Origin: Auanema rhodensis
Lineage: Eukaryota; Animalia; Nematoda
Reading direction: 5' to 3'
NCBI GenBank assembly: GCA_964057225.1
Contig: OZ059895.1
Span: 7,998,001-8,062,000, forward strand
Length of the DNA stretch: 64,000 bases
Positions 15,401-31,148 of this stretch are shown here, piece by piece. Position numbers and translations under genes: made by a program. The notes beneath the pieces are model-generated. The model saw nothing but the letters and a program-made list of their open reading frames with translations, was not told the DNA's origin and ran no database searches. Within the stretch, counting starts at the first letter, position 1. Every line of letters starts with the position of its first letter.

Positions 15401-16310
15401 GCTGATAATGTACAAATGCAGAAAAGAAAAACTGAACATTATACTTGCGAATTACGTGCAGAGATTTCCAAAGAAAGAAAAGCAAATTTGGATTAGTGGA
15501 AAAATATTTTGGGATTTAAAAGTTACTGATATCTTGAAGATAAAAAAATGTCACTCTCTATTTCTCAAATAAGGATAAGTTAAGATGGAATTACATAGAA
15601 GAACGATATAAGCTCTTCCGTCGAATAGCTCTGATTGGATCAACGGAAAACCTCTACAGAATTCTCGCTAACGAAAATCTCGGCTTTTCTCATCTGGCTT
15701 TGACTATTCGAAAATGGAATCGGAATCTGGCGAATGCTGGAAAGAGCGGTCATACTTGCCTCATGACAACTGTTGTTAAGAGGCTGTCGTATTAGAAAGA
15801 AAAAAATGAAGTGAAACCAACCATCAAAGGAATACTAACGACGAAGAGGGTCAATCTTTTTTAAAAATTTTTTAAATAGAACAATTACGAAGCACTTGTG
15901 CAATTTAAAGTTATACATTTGCATAACATATTTCGATGTTTCTGCCTAAAGCCTAAACCCAAGTTTTGTTAATTATTCATTCATTTCATTCTTGCCACAA
16001 CGAACCAAAATGGGAAATAGTTGAAGACTCAAAACGAGTCAAATACACAAAGCATATCCTTAAAAAGATTTATTCCAAGCAAATGGCATCATCGGGCACT
16101 AAAACCGTGAATAAAATATACCAGCCTATGAAACAGATTTCAAAGATGAAAAACGATTGCGAAGAAAAAAATAAGCTCTTCCAATATTTTAACATCATCA
16201 AAAATCTAATAGTGGAAAAATAATTTAAAATGACAAGATTGCAGAAAAGACCGCCTAATGAGAATACTAACTATATCATATTAGGGTTTAATGGTGAATT
16301 GTTTTGATGT

Positions 16311-17960
<1,650 letters not shown>

Positions 17961-18035
17961 TTTCGATCTGAATAAAACAAATTCCAAAACGTATTAGATC
18001 TTAGAAGAAATTAAGATCAAACGAAGAAGAAATTC

Positions 18036-18500
18036 AGATAATAAATACTAAATATATAAATATAAAAAATTAAATAAGCTTTATAAGTGAGACAGTGGGT
18101 GTCAGTGATAAGACACTGGCACGAACAGATAAAATGTGTGCAACTGACCAACGAAATACATAGACCGATAAAAGCTTAAGCGCAATGACCACACTCTTAA
18201 CAAAACATAGACTTATGAAAACTTGAGATTGATTGAAATAAACTTTCCTTGCGCTCAAGGACATAAAAAACTTGGTACTAAAAAACGATATTTCCCAAAC
18301 AAAGAATACACTACTTCTAAAAAACGTTCTCGATTTATAATCACAAAAGATTGAGAACATTTTTAAGATAGTTTAACGGTAACCTTCCATGCCACATGCC
18401 AGTCTGGCAGCTGTTGGCAAGTTACACAAGTTTACGTCAAGTTAAAACACAAAAGGCGTCAAGATAGATGTGATTGGCCCAAACTCGATCAGCGGGAAAA
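18036..18500. promoter_or_regulatory. Divergent got-2/TIPIN promoter with GATA sites (AGATAA 18036, TGATAA 18106, AGATAA 18127) on the got-2 side and an E2F-like GCGGGAAAA (18492-18500) on the TIPIN side
   Basis: The motifs are visible in a ~610-bp head-to-head gap. Their function is inferred. Confidence 0.45.
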
Positions 18501-18569
18501 TTAAATTTATGAAATGTCCTTTTGTTGAATTTTGGAAGTTATAAGCTCAGCTTTCCTACCTCATGCAAA

Positions 18570-19361
18570 ATGACCGACTTTGATGAAGTTGATGATTTTT
18601 TTGGAAATGATGATCTTATGGATGATGCTGTGGACGACGATCAGGACAAGGGTGATTTGTAATAAATTTCCTTCACTGACTGATATTTGCAGTTCCTACG
18701 GATGCTGAAGTATTGAATAATTTGTTCGGAGATGGAAAACAAGGCAAAACAAAAAGAAGAATTGTTCAAAGACCACAACCAAAGTTTAATGAAAGCAGTT
18801 TAACTTCGGAAAAGGTATTGTATATATCCTGCTATATTATGTTGATGCTTTATGTTGTCAGGGCATTCCAGCTTTACGAAAAATGTTCAAAGATTTTAAG
18901 CCGAGAAAAGACCTTGACCCGGTAAGTGCACAGGAGTTATTGTTAAAATAAGTTTTTTATAGTACGGAAATCTGTCTATTATAATGAAAAAGTATGAGCA
19001 TTGGGGGCATCTTATTTTTCCAAAGATGAAATTTGAAGACGTAATTACAAGATGTGAAACTTTGGGTAATCGTAGAATGGTTCGAGTAAGTGAATATTTT
19101 GTTTTATAATTCTAGATAGGTTTTTTTTAGGTATATATGATGAAATCGAGACTTGATATGCCATTAACTGACGAAGATTTTGCTCCAACTTCAACTAAAA
19201 CTGATGCAGATGAAATTATAGTTACGGAAAGTGCTGAAGATGAGGCTGCTCCTACTGTTCAGGGAATTATAACTAGTAGAGAAGAGGATGACGAAGAAAA
19301 TTACTATGATCCTTTTCAAAATGAGCCTGAACCGGATTATTCTGACTTTCCAGATTTCTGA
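18570..19361 (+). CDS. tipn-1: TIMELESS-interacting protein (TIPIN/Swi3/Csm3)
   Basis: Acidic N-terminus, then RPQPKFNESSLTSEKGIPALRKMF...YGNLSIIMKKYEHWGHLIFPKMKFEDVITRCETLGNRRMVRVYMMKSRLD (Swi3 domain), then an acidic tail. Five exons with consistent phases. Confidence 0.92.
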
Positions 19362-19859
19362 ATTTCAATCCTGAAAGAGACATGTCATGTACATATTTGT
19401 GATCAATCTACTTTGATGAATGAAATTATTTTTCCAATTTATTTGGGAGCCAATTAATTTGTACTCTTGTGATTTGTAACTAACATGTATTGTAATAACC
19501 TTCATGAAAATATTAATGAAGTTACTTCAAAGACAAGCATTTGATGTGTTGTATAAATAGAAATAAAAATTGATAATTTCACCTGAACATTCTTTTTGTA
19601 TTATATCATATTGCTAACGTTATTTTTATTATAATATAATACTTTTAATGCGTGGTACGAAAGCAATGGCTATTATTTTTATTCCGACGTCATTTTGCGA
19701 ACCGTTGTTATGTGTGTTATAATCGGGCTGTCGTTTTTTTTTTCATGAATCGGAATGCTTGATTAATTTATTTAAAGTATTTTATCTTATTTCCGAATAT
19801 TACATCTTGGTATTAACATGTTTTGATTTATTAGTTTTTAGCGAGTAGAAAATATAGAA

Positions 19860-21091
19860 ATGGCTACAGTATCAACGAAAGTTGAAGTAAAGACAGAGGT
19901 AGCCAAGAAGAAATATTTAATTATATATACTAATTTTTAGGTTACTGATGTAGGTGCTATTGAGGAGGAACTCGTACGTATAATTCAATCAACTATAGAT
20001 GGTGTTGATATGGATCATCTTACAGCGCTAACAGCTGCTCATTCTGCCTTAGATCGTCAAGTACAGGTTTCCTTGAGAGAAACCCTTACCGATGATTATT
20101 TTCAGAATGCTATTAATAATTTATTATCATCTAAACGTGTAGTAATATCTCAAGCTCCTGGGGGAGGATTGCGACTAAAGATTAATGCTAATACGCAACT
20201 AAATGGAGCTAGTGAAGAAGAACAAGCGGTTCGTTTTTTTTAAATTTTTTTTATTATGACATCTGGTTTTCCTAATTCAGATTTACTCTTTGATCGAAGA
20301 TTCAAAAACCAAAGGTATTTGGATCCGAGAGTTGAGAGATGGCTCTGGTCTTTCACAGATTCAACTTAGGAAAGTACTGAAATCATTAGAAACCAAGAAA
20401 CTCATCAAAACTGTTAAAGTACGTATTAATTATTTAACCATAATTATGATAAGTAAATGTTTTTAGGCAGTAGGTACTACTAAAAAATGTTACATGTTAT
20501 ACAACTTAGAGCCTGATACTTCTCTTACTGGTGGAACATTTTATTCGGATCACCAACTTGATTCTGAATTGATTCATACATTAGTTAGTGTATGTACAGG
20601 ATATATTCAGGTTTATTTGTTTGATGTTATAGTTATACTCTGATTTTGTAGGCCAAAAGAAATCATGCAATGGAAATGCATCCGGATGATTTAGCTATGC
20701 AAAAGGAACTGAGCTATATCAAAACACAAGAAGTATGTTATCAGATTCACTTTAGATTATTATATATATTTTAAGGTCTCTGACTTCATTGTTGAGAAAA
20801 AGTTGTTAAACGTTGCTATTAGTCTAGATGATGTGGATAGAATTTTAGATGTAGCCATTTTAGATGGCACAGTTGAGAGACGTGCCGATGGAAAGGTTTA
20901 TTTTTCCAGAAATATCCGAATTGTTTATTTTCTTTTTTTTTCAGGTTCGTGCTTCTTCAAAGGCTATAGTGTCATCACCACTTGTTTCTGTTCCATGTGG
21001 TATATGCCCGGTCGTTGATGACTGCAAACCTGGTCATGTTATTGCTCCGGAAACTTGCCGTTATATGTCAGATTGGCTTAGTGGGAAGTAA
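19860..21091 (+). CDS. POLR3F: RNA polymerase III subunit RPC6/RPC34 (POLR3F)
   Basis: IYSLIEDSKTKGIWIRELR...LKSLETKKLIKTVKAV...YMLYNLEPDTSLTGGTFYSD, and a C-terminal Fe-S motif PCGICPVVDDCKPGHVIAPETCRYMSDWL. Confidence 0.95.
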
Positions 21092-23013
21092 GTTTGTTAG
21101 TTATTCTTATCATGTCAGTGTATACTTCTTTATATTTCCGTCAAGTACTTCATTCTTTGTTATTGAGTCCTAATTTCGCAAAAATTACTCATAGAATTCT
21201 ATTATTTTGCTCTATGTTCCTATTCAGTAAGTTTTTATGCACGGGTTGTCTTGTTATCATTTCTTTTGAAATGCTGTTATTTCTCGTTGTCTGTTATAGT
21301 TGAATGATAAAAAATCTTTTTGTGTCTTTACAACCTCAAAAGCCTGTAATTTCTTCTTTTATTGCTTCTAGGGATTTACAGAGACCTTGTAATACTCTTG
21401 GTAATGTAAGTTGTTCTATTAAGTCTTTCGATCTGTTGCCGACAATGTTTGTTGAGCTTGGTAGATTAGTGTGACCGCATTGTAATGCATGCGTATTCTT
21501 ACTACTGATGTATCGAATGGTTTAAATTAAATGGCCAATGTTGAATAATACTAGAAACATCATTCTAATTTCCTTCTTCTGTTAAAAGCTACATGGTTGA
21601 GTTGAGTATTTTTCGTGTGAGCAAACTGATAGCTCACGGGGGGGGGGAGGTTGTGGAGGTGGAGCCACTAGTCGTCTTCCGGTTGGTATACGGAGATTTT
21701 GAAGTGGAGGCGGAGTCGAGGCACGATCTCAGCATCTGAGGAGAAGCTTTGTGAACATCTTTGAGTCACAAACGGCTTCTGAGATACTATCCAGACGAAA
21801 CATATTCTAAAAAGCACAAGATGTTCAATTCAAGGCGAGTTTGCACAGGTATGACTTGAGTTCTTGTCTAGCTATTCAAAGTTAATTAAATTTTTGAACG
21901 AAGTATAAATGAGATGCTGCTTGAAGTTTATGACCAATGTATTTCTAAAAATATTGAAGATTTGATTAAACTATCGCCGAAATGGCTTTCTCTGTGATTG
22001 ACAACAACAGCATGAAAGCAGATTTGAAGAAGGCCGTCTAGTTGATCCTGGCAACGTTTCCTCCTCCATTTTTTCCCTTTTCAACGAATATCTGGCTCTA
22101 TCTTTGTAGCTTATATTCTCCAAAATAACAAAAAGACAACAATCGTTTCATATCGTTTATATCGTCACACATTTGTTAACTTGGAAAGTACTATTAACTT
22201 TAACTACTCTTTAACTATTTCCACAGCTCAGGACAAATTATTACTTTCGAAGTAAGCATTTGCTCAGGAAATGCTGACAATTTCCGATTTGTATATTCAT
22301 AATGTACAATTTGTATTTATATATAAATATAAATATATATGTATATATATTTATTTATTTATTCTTTCATTCATATATACTCATACATTTATATGTTCAA
22401 CTGTAAAAGGGAAATTTCTGATATCTGCATATTGCATATCATATTCATATTGAATACAACATTTCTAAACTATTTATTCTGCATATCATGAGAAAGTTTC
22501 CTGATTTTTATTATTTTCGAAAAGATTCAATCGAAAATAACCGAAGTTTCTCTAGGGAATTGAGTTACTCTTAACTTCAGGTGAACGTTTCAAACTGCTT
22601 TCAAAACTCAAGTTTTATTTTTAATTTTTGAAAATCGCATTCATTAAAAAACAAAAAATGTAAAAAAAGAAATTAATGTTTGATACGTGAAAACTTAATT
22701 TCTTCACAAACCTCATTATTAGTTTGAAGGTAGCTTTTGCCATCATGTTGTTAATCTTTTTCTCTCCATTTCTATCATATAGTCGTCATGTCTTGCCTAT
22801 TCTGGAGTCTCTCCACTACCTCTCTCCAGCTTTTTCTTCTCATTCCTATTTTCGTGCCGGAAAAATGGTGACGTTGCCTTAATCAATTGCAGCAAAGCTT
22901 TATTCGTCTGCTTTCATCGAACTGAGAAATTCTAGTAGTTGAACTAGCTGTTTCTTAGCATTTGATCTTCTATTACTATCTTATATAACTATTATATCGT
23001 CTCTTGGAAATTT

Positions 23014-24111
23014 ATGTTTCATACGCGAAAGACAGCTTCATCGGATGATGCCTCGTTCACCTTACAAACCATACCAAGTTATGGTAAGTAGTTGGATACA
23101 AATTCAAAGTGCTTTTTGAAAAGTATTTTACTTAAATAACCTGTTATCTATTCGAATACTTTTAGTTGTTACTTTGCAATTCACACTTTATTATGGGTTT
23201 GCAAATAGTTAAGTTTATGTAAGAATTCGAAACTTATATTTCTCTTTCACTTTATTCTCTTATAATAACTAGCAGTTACTGTTGAAGCCATTTGCTACTT
23301 GGCTATTTCATTGCTAAAATCGTTTGATTGTTATAGAGACTGAGAAGAGCAGATAAGCTCAGATATACATTTGAATTCTTATATTATTATCCTACGCAAG
23401 AAAATATTTTCATATTGTTTTTTGGTACATTGTATAGCCTTAATCTGGTTGATCTTATTCTAGCCTTTTCAATCTGTATGAACTTCTCTCAAATTATCTT
23501 TACGTCAATACATTAATAAGTAGATCAGTTTGATATTCATTTTTCATTGTTCTCAGTGAATAAAAAAACTTGAATGAGAGATCTGAATACATTGAGAACA
23601 AATGAGAGCCACATGTCCCAATTGCAGTTGTTGGCTCCGATCTTAAGTGCTACACAAACAGCACGATTACGTAGATTTGATGCTCCGGAGAAGACTTTGA
23701 CGGGAATTATCTCACAGTTTTTCTTTTCTACTGAGCTAACTGAAATATACATTCTTGTGTCGTCAAAGCTTTCTGCCATTATAACCAAAAAATATCAATG
23801 AAAAACTTGGAAAGAAACTTCAAGCATACAAAATACAATTATAAATATCCATAAAAGATTAAAAAATTAGAATTTTATAAGAAAGATTAACTAAAGTGTT
23901 TAAGAGAAAAACTTAGCCGAACCAATTGAACGTCGTCCTGAAGTTATAGGTGTAACGCTTAATAGGTAAGCTGCCATTATTCTCAATGTTAAACAAAATT
24001 CTCTTTTTTAGGTATGAAGTTCTCATGTGCCTACTTGGCTATGTTGCAGCTATGATGACATTACTGTTCTTATTCGAAGTCATCAAGCCTTCTCAATTAT
24101 TTGAACTTTAA
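23014..24111 (+). CDS. Putative ~72-aa single-pass membrane peptide (exons 23014-23083, 23917-23965, 24012-24111)
   Basis: Two strong GTAAG donors, phase-compatible acceptors, and one open frame: MFHTRKTASSDDASFTLQTIPSYAEPIERRPEVIGVTLNRYEVLMCLLGYVAAMMTLLFLFEVIKPSQLFEL*. The exon 2 acceptor (aaacttag) is weak. Confidence 0.55.
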
Positions 24112-24471
24112 AACCAAAGAACTACTGAGTGAAGAAACCTATTTGTGTTGAAGTTTTTTGTTCTGTCGAATACCTTTTCAACGTGGTTACTGATATCTAT
24201 TATTTGCTCATTTTCTACAATTATTATAACTTAACTAAAATTTTAAAGTATATATTCACATGGCCGAACAAATGGCATAGGTTTGTAGATTGTTTTTCAA
24301 GCCGTCATGTCCAACTTACGGGTATCGTACCACTATTGTCTAGTTAGTATATATTGACGATTTTATATCTCCCCGGCCATCATCATAATTTTTGTAAATA
24401 AACTTTTTTGCAATATAAACATAAATATGAGAAATAATAAAACAACCCTTTTTTATATTGGAAAGTATTAA

Positions 24472-27054
24472 TCACATATCTTCTCCCTCATGATTCTCTT
24501 CTACGTTGCCAGCATTCGCTTGATTCAAATCTTCTTCGCCCGCTTGGTTGGGATCACGTAGTCCCATCAATCCTAGAGTATGTCGTAAACTGTCCGCAAT
24601 TGAACGACCCTAAACTTCTAATATATATTAATATATTATTATCTAGAACCTGTTGGTACTCCGGCAGCAAAGAATGTATAAAACCGGATAAGAAATTATC
24701 ATCATATAACGTATTAGGCTTCTTTTTAGGTTTCCTGAAAATATAGGCATTATAAAAAATATATCTCTCGTTATTTAGAAAAATCACTTCATAATGCCAT
24801 TTTTGGGAGGTTCCGGATCTGTTATTGCATGATCTGAACTTGTTAAACCCATTAGAATTGATAACCGCGTTATGTTTTGTGGTTTGCCAAGAAATAGTGT
24901 GGCCCGCCTACATATTATGTTATAGAAAGTTAAATCCAATTTTTCAAACAAACGTGTTTGTCCATTGTTCCATGATAGGTATGATAGTGGGGTCTAACAC
25001 AGTAGATCGAGTAACAGCTTCTAGCCATTGTATAACATCTGGTTCACCCCAAAGTTCTGACGTTTGCTTAACGTACATTTTAATCACAAGTTTCAAGCCT
25101 TCAGGTTCTCTAAAATGATGATAAAGATAAAAAAATAAATGAATAATTATCTTACTTATTATAAGCAAACACGCTGATAAATTTATTTCCTTCTAATTCG
25201 CTATCCGCTTGTATTTGCAAGGTATCGAGTAATTCCGAAACTACTCCAGGAAACCGACATATAGCAGATCGTAACTGTAATTAATATATTTCAGATTGAA
25301 AACAATAAAAATATTACAAGAGAATTAGCTTTTTCCTTTTCTTCTTCTGTTTTTGCATTCAAGTAATGAAGTAAAGCCCTAGAGTACAAGAAATTGGGAA
25401 GTAAATCAAGTCGTTTCCATTCCTGAAAGAAAAAATCCATCAACTAGAAATAAAAAAAGCGTAATCTTGAAGTAATCAAAGAACATTGAGATGTTTTAAA
25501 CATTGAAATTTCTAAAAAAAAACGATGAAAAAGAAAAAAAGAGAATATAAAAACGAATAACTGTTAAGAAAATGTATACATACCCTAGCACTTTTGTAAA
25601 GAGATTCAAGCCATGTATATTGACGAGCTTTTAAAGCAATACTATCGATTATAAGAAGAATTGCCAATGGGTCTCCTAACAAAGTATAATCATACGCAGA
25701 AACACAGATAAATTAAATATACCTTGAGGGTCAAGCGAAAATATTAATTTGGAAATATTTAAGGCGGTTTCAAAACATCTAAAAGGAGATATTAAAGAAC
25801 ATAATTAGTCACACACCTTTTATGGAGGCAGTTCAACATAAATCTATGCAATAGCAGGTAAAAAGCTCGATTTTCGTAATATTTATAATCAATACGGTGA
25901 TTCCAAGATGTTATTCTACATTGAGTATGGAAACATTGCTCTGCGAAGAAAACACCTTGCTCTACAAAACATAGAATTTATGAAGAAATATTAGAAGCTC
26001 TACCTATAAGTTCTCCAGCAATAGTAACATCTTCTTGCATACGCGACATATTGGCTATCAACAACAAGGAATTGAGATGATAATAATTATTTTGTAAAAC
26101 CTTTAAAATATTTGTAATAAAGTATAAAAATAAATTCTTACTTCTTGAATAATACCACTATTCATACTTTGTTCAGCTGCCCAAACAACTTCCTCTATAT
26201 TTTCATACCTTGCTGAGTGTTCAAATGTGAACCAAGTGATATCGCCATCTTCTTTTTGAATATTCATTGAGAGTCCTGAAAAAATAAGATATTAGGAACG
26301 TTATTAAAGTTTTTCACCAATGCTTCTAGGAGGTGGCCAATTATATTTCTGTTTCACAATTCTTCCAACAACTTTGTTCTTTCGATGGTTATTACTAGTA
26401 TTCGTATTTTCCTTCAAAATTAAAACTTGAGTCAGACATAGCTAAGGGGATTGCTAACCCTAAATGCTTTTCCCAAAGCCTTTTTTAATTCCGCATTTGG
26501 ATCAAACAGCCTAGGGTCTACTTTAAACAGTTCTTTAACTTCCACAATTTCCAAAGCTGGGCTTCCATTATCAGTAAAAATACTTTCCTTCTTAAAAAGA
26601 AGAATCAATTTTCAATGTTTCAAATGTGCAAACCGCTTTTAAGATTTTATCTAGGTACTCATCATCACCGACGCAATCATCTTCCAACTCTTGTTGTTTC
26701 TGCTTCTTGTTTTTCTTCTTATTCTTCTTTTTACTAATGTTCTGCTGCAGCTGAATTTAGAAAAACTGTGCGAGAGGTTATCAGTAGCTAACTTTATTAG
26801 TGCGCTCTTTTTCTTGAACTTCAGCAACATACTCTGTGTCATCTTCTACGTCACTCTCTTTATCCGTATTATCATCATCACCTGAAATCAGGTATTTCTT
26901 ACGTAACACAGCAAAAAAACCTACACATGAGCGCAAATCTGTTTACACGAGGAGCGAGAGATACTGGAGTATCATCTTCTTCATCTGAATTAATTTGCTT
27001 CTTTTCCTCGCTCTTCTGATCATCTAACAATCGGCGGAGATGTTTACTTGACAT
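24472..27054 (-). CDS. TCF25: TCF25/Nulp1/Rqc1 ribosome quality control protein
   Basis: MSSKHLRRLLDD, an acidic/basic N-terminus, then WFTFEHS, YHLNSLLLIA, YKYYENRAFYLLL, ETALNISKLIFSLDPQGDPLAILLIIDSIALKA, LLPNFLYSRAL and LWGEPDVIQWLE. Confidence 0.92.
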
Positions 27055-27375
27055 CTGTGAAAGTAATGATTACATATATTTTTATAAATAAATGTATATA
27101 TAAGAACAAAAAAAATATTGAATTATTCCAATAAATCTTTAAAATCATAATGCAGAAAGATAAAATAAGTTTTATTAAAACAGGACCCGAGATCTAGTTG
27201 AGCCAATTATTGCAGGGACTAGCAAGACTATTGATAGCTTCATCTATATATTATATATTTATGTATATGTATATGTATATATACATAGATCCAACTTATG
27301 TGTTAAAAAATAAATTCTCTGAACTAGAACTATTGCTAGATATTATATATTTTTCTCAAAAAATTGAAGGGTCTT

Positions 27376-28395
27376 TTAGGATTTTTTCGAGTCCAGTTTC
27401 ATCCAACTAGGTACAAACGGTACAATTGGAGATTCATGCAAAGTAAGCTGTTGTTCTTTCTGGATGACATCAATAGGAAGAAGTGCTAGCCCCCATTTAG
27501 AACTTCTTCGGATAATCTATGACAGATATGGTTATACAGCTAAAGCGACAATATTCGTTACCTTTCCTATTTTTGAATTTTTACTATCCATGATTTGCTC
27601 TGTGCCTTCTTTGACGGGTGTATTGCAACGAAACGGCAAAACTCTTCTCCTAATTACGCCTGAAATTACATGTCTAAAAACATTAAGTAACATTTAGTAT
27701 AACCGGTATGAGCAGTTCTTGCAGTAAGCTCTTGTCCAATATAACATCCCTTATTAAGAGAAATGAAGTTTAAAAAATCTCCATTCACTTGAAAAGGTAG
27801 CATTCCATCCATTTCTTGATTTCCTTCGGATATTCCTGCTTCTAGTCTCTTATTTAAATACGTCTCAGGGTCTTCTGAAAGGAGCATGAAATACAATTCT
27901 TACTTTAAAATAATATCACTAACCTATGTGATTGTGGTTTCCATATAAACGATAACCAAATTCAGGAATCCTTGGATCGCGAAATCCTGTTGTCGAAGAG
28001 TACATTACGTCGTCCGGCAAAATCTCGATAATAACCTAAATATGATAAAAAATACTTTGATATTAATAAAAAATGAACCTTTTTGCGCATCCTATACATT
28101 TCCAGTAATTTCTTCAGACCTTCACTATTGTTTGAGCTGCATTCCACAAGTAAATCATCATCTCTTTTGGAAATAATTAGATCATCGACAATTCTTCCTT
28201 TTGTATTTAATATGAAGGAAGCAATACTTGCAGCTCCATCCAGAAGCCTTTAAATACGACATTTGTATAACTTTTAGCAAGTTTAGAAAGAAAATACCTT
28301 ATATCATTAGTAACTAATCCTTGTATCAAATTTGAAGCATCTAAACCTCTGATAGAAAGAAGACAACGATGTGCTAATTTAATAGGAACTGTCAT
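27376..28395 (-). CDS. IBA57: IBA57/CAF17 (YgfZ/GcvT-fold) Fe-S maturation factor
   Basis: HRCLLSIRGLDASNLIQGLVTND, LNTKGRIVDD, and the signature [30 protein letters not shown]. Confidence 0.95.
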
Positions 28396-29623
28396 AACAT
28401 GCCCTGAGTTTCAGAATTTGCAAGCTATTTGATAAATTTTTCTGAATGTTTCTTAAAAATAGTAGAGAAATAGAAACTTGAAAATTTTAATTATTTCAGC
28501 AGGAAATTTATGGTGAATTTAGACGTAATATACTGAATATTGCGTACAAGTGTACTGGACAAGCTATAACGATACAAGAAGCTTTTTTAAATGCTGTATT
28601 GAGTAATTCTTGCACAACTTCAAGAAATAAAACTTGAATTAATTTTTTTGTATCTTAATTTGTAACAAAATTCGTTTTAGTGTTCTAGGGTGATATTTTG
28701 ACAAATCGATTGTAAAAATGAACATCAGACGTGGGCATCTTGTCACTGATATTGCTTTAATCATAAATGCATTCACATGGTTAAAAAAAATTCTATCTCA
28801 TTATTGTATATTGAATTGAATACGACTGTTAGGCAGAAACAAAAAGATGATTATGCAGAACATTTTAACCTTGAAGTGTGAAATTAGTACAAATTATAGC
28901 AATATTTTAATAAATGTATCAAGAACTAATGTATTAAATTTTCATGACAAGTTTCTCATATTTCCGTATTGGCATGCGTTATCAAAAAATAATAATACAC
29001 AATCATAGCAACCAATAAACCGCCTACCAAAATACTGAACTTGATCAGTTAGCAAACATATGGCATCATCCATGTTTATAATCTTCCGGATTATTGTTTT
29101 AATGATTTTGGTTGTTATATAACACAGTGACTCAAAATAATTGAAGACGAAAACAGAAAAAAAATCGAATAAATTTCAACCATTATAGAGACAAAATGTA
29201 AATTATAGAGGTGTAACCTGAACACGACTAGAATAGGTACCTTACATGTAAATTTACTTTCTCGAAATTGAAGAAATCCATCACATATCATGTCCATAAA
29301 TAAACAATGAAGCACGGATTATCACTAGCCATCGAATCAAGTATTCTTTACCTTTATAAAGATTTAATTGTTCCCAAATACCCTCACATGATCAACTTAT
29401 GCTTTAGCACTCTATCATGAGGCCAAAGCATGGAGGCGTTTAATGTTATCCTGATAGATTGACTTCATTTCTGCACGTCTAAAATACTGGCTCCCAGTGC
29501 TCCACCTTACTTATCTTTTATTAACAGCTGTCAACAGATTATGGTCTTAATTTATTTCTTTTATCAAACCGCCATTCTTATTTGAGAGGACAGTGTCGAT
29601 GGAATTTGCGGAGCGTCTAGCAT

Positions 29624-29754
29624 ATCAAAGCGGTGACTTCAAAAGTTTCTCCTTATCAAGTGGAGCTCCCCCCTGCGCCACATACAATAATTGGCGCCAG
29701 CATACATCACCGTTCCCGTCTTCTTGATTTTTCGGCAGTCTTTCAGCTATAAAA
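29624..29754 (+). promoter_or_regulatory. Promoter of the Sp gene: TCF/POP-1-type ATCAAAG (29624-29630) and TATAAAA (29748-29754)
   Basis: The motifs sit in a locally GC-richer stretch upstream of the ATG at 29977. Their function is inferred. Confidence 0.35.
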
Positions 29755-29976
29755 ATGATTTATTATGGAATAGTTGAACAGCTGTAGCTTTTAAGCTCAA
29801 TCACACTTACACTAGGAGCCACACTTATACTTCCTCTTACACGCACATGCAAGAACTAATCCTTGTCGGATATGCTCTAGTATTTTAAAAAGCTTTCGTT
29901 TTTCATATTTGTTCATTCCTTTAGCTATTGTTTCCTAGTTTTATTTTCTTTCTTCACAGTAACTGGATGTTTCAGA

Positions 29977-30681
<705 letters not shown>

Positions 30682-31148
30682 GATATTTTAAATACTATAT
30701 TGAATAACTCTAATAAGTAAAAATGCAAATATGTCAACGCGATTTATTGAGAACATATGTGATGATGATGATGGGATGATAATTTTTTTCAAAAAAAAAA
30801 ACTTATAAAAAAAACAAATAACAACTTGAGACTTGTGATATAAAGATATATGAATGCGTGACAAATTCCAGCCAAAAAAAGAGAAAATATATATAAAAAC
30901 GAAGTAGATATTGCTATAAAAGTTACTTGTCTAAAAAAGAACCTAGAATACATACAAGCTGTTGATTCCGAGAACTAAAATAGCATTGAGAAAGTACAAA
31001 TTTTTAAAAAAATAAAAACGAAAAATAAATTCCCATAAATCAATAGGATGTTTATATGTCAGGTTAATCTAGGTTAAATGGTAAATATTCAAATGAAATA
31101 TATTTACAGTACGCTCGTATTCACAAGTAAGTTAGTCTGCTTATATCA

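Noticed and set aside
15944-15960. GCCTAAAGCCTAAACCC, resembling the nematode telomere repeat or a DNA-elimination break site, near the compositional boundary
   Set aside because: Only two imperfect 7-bp units, and I cannot verify a palindromic elimination motif.
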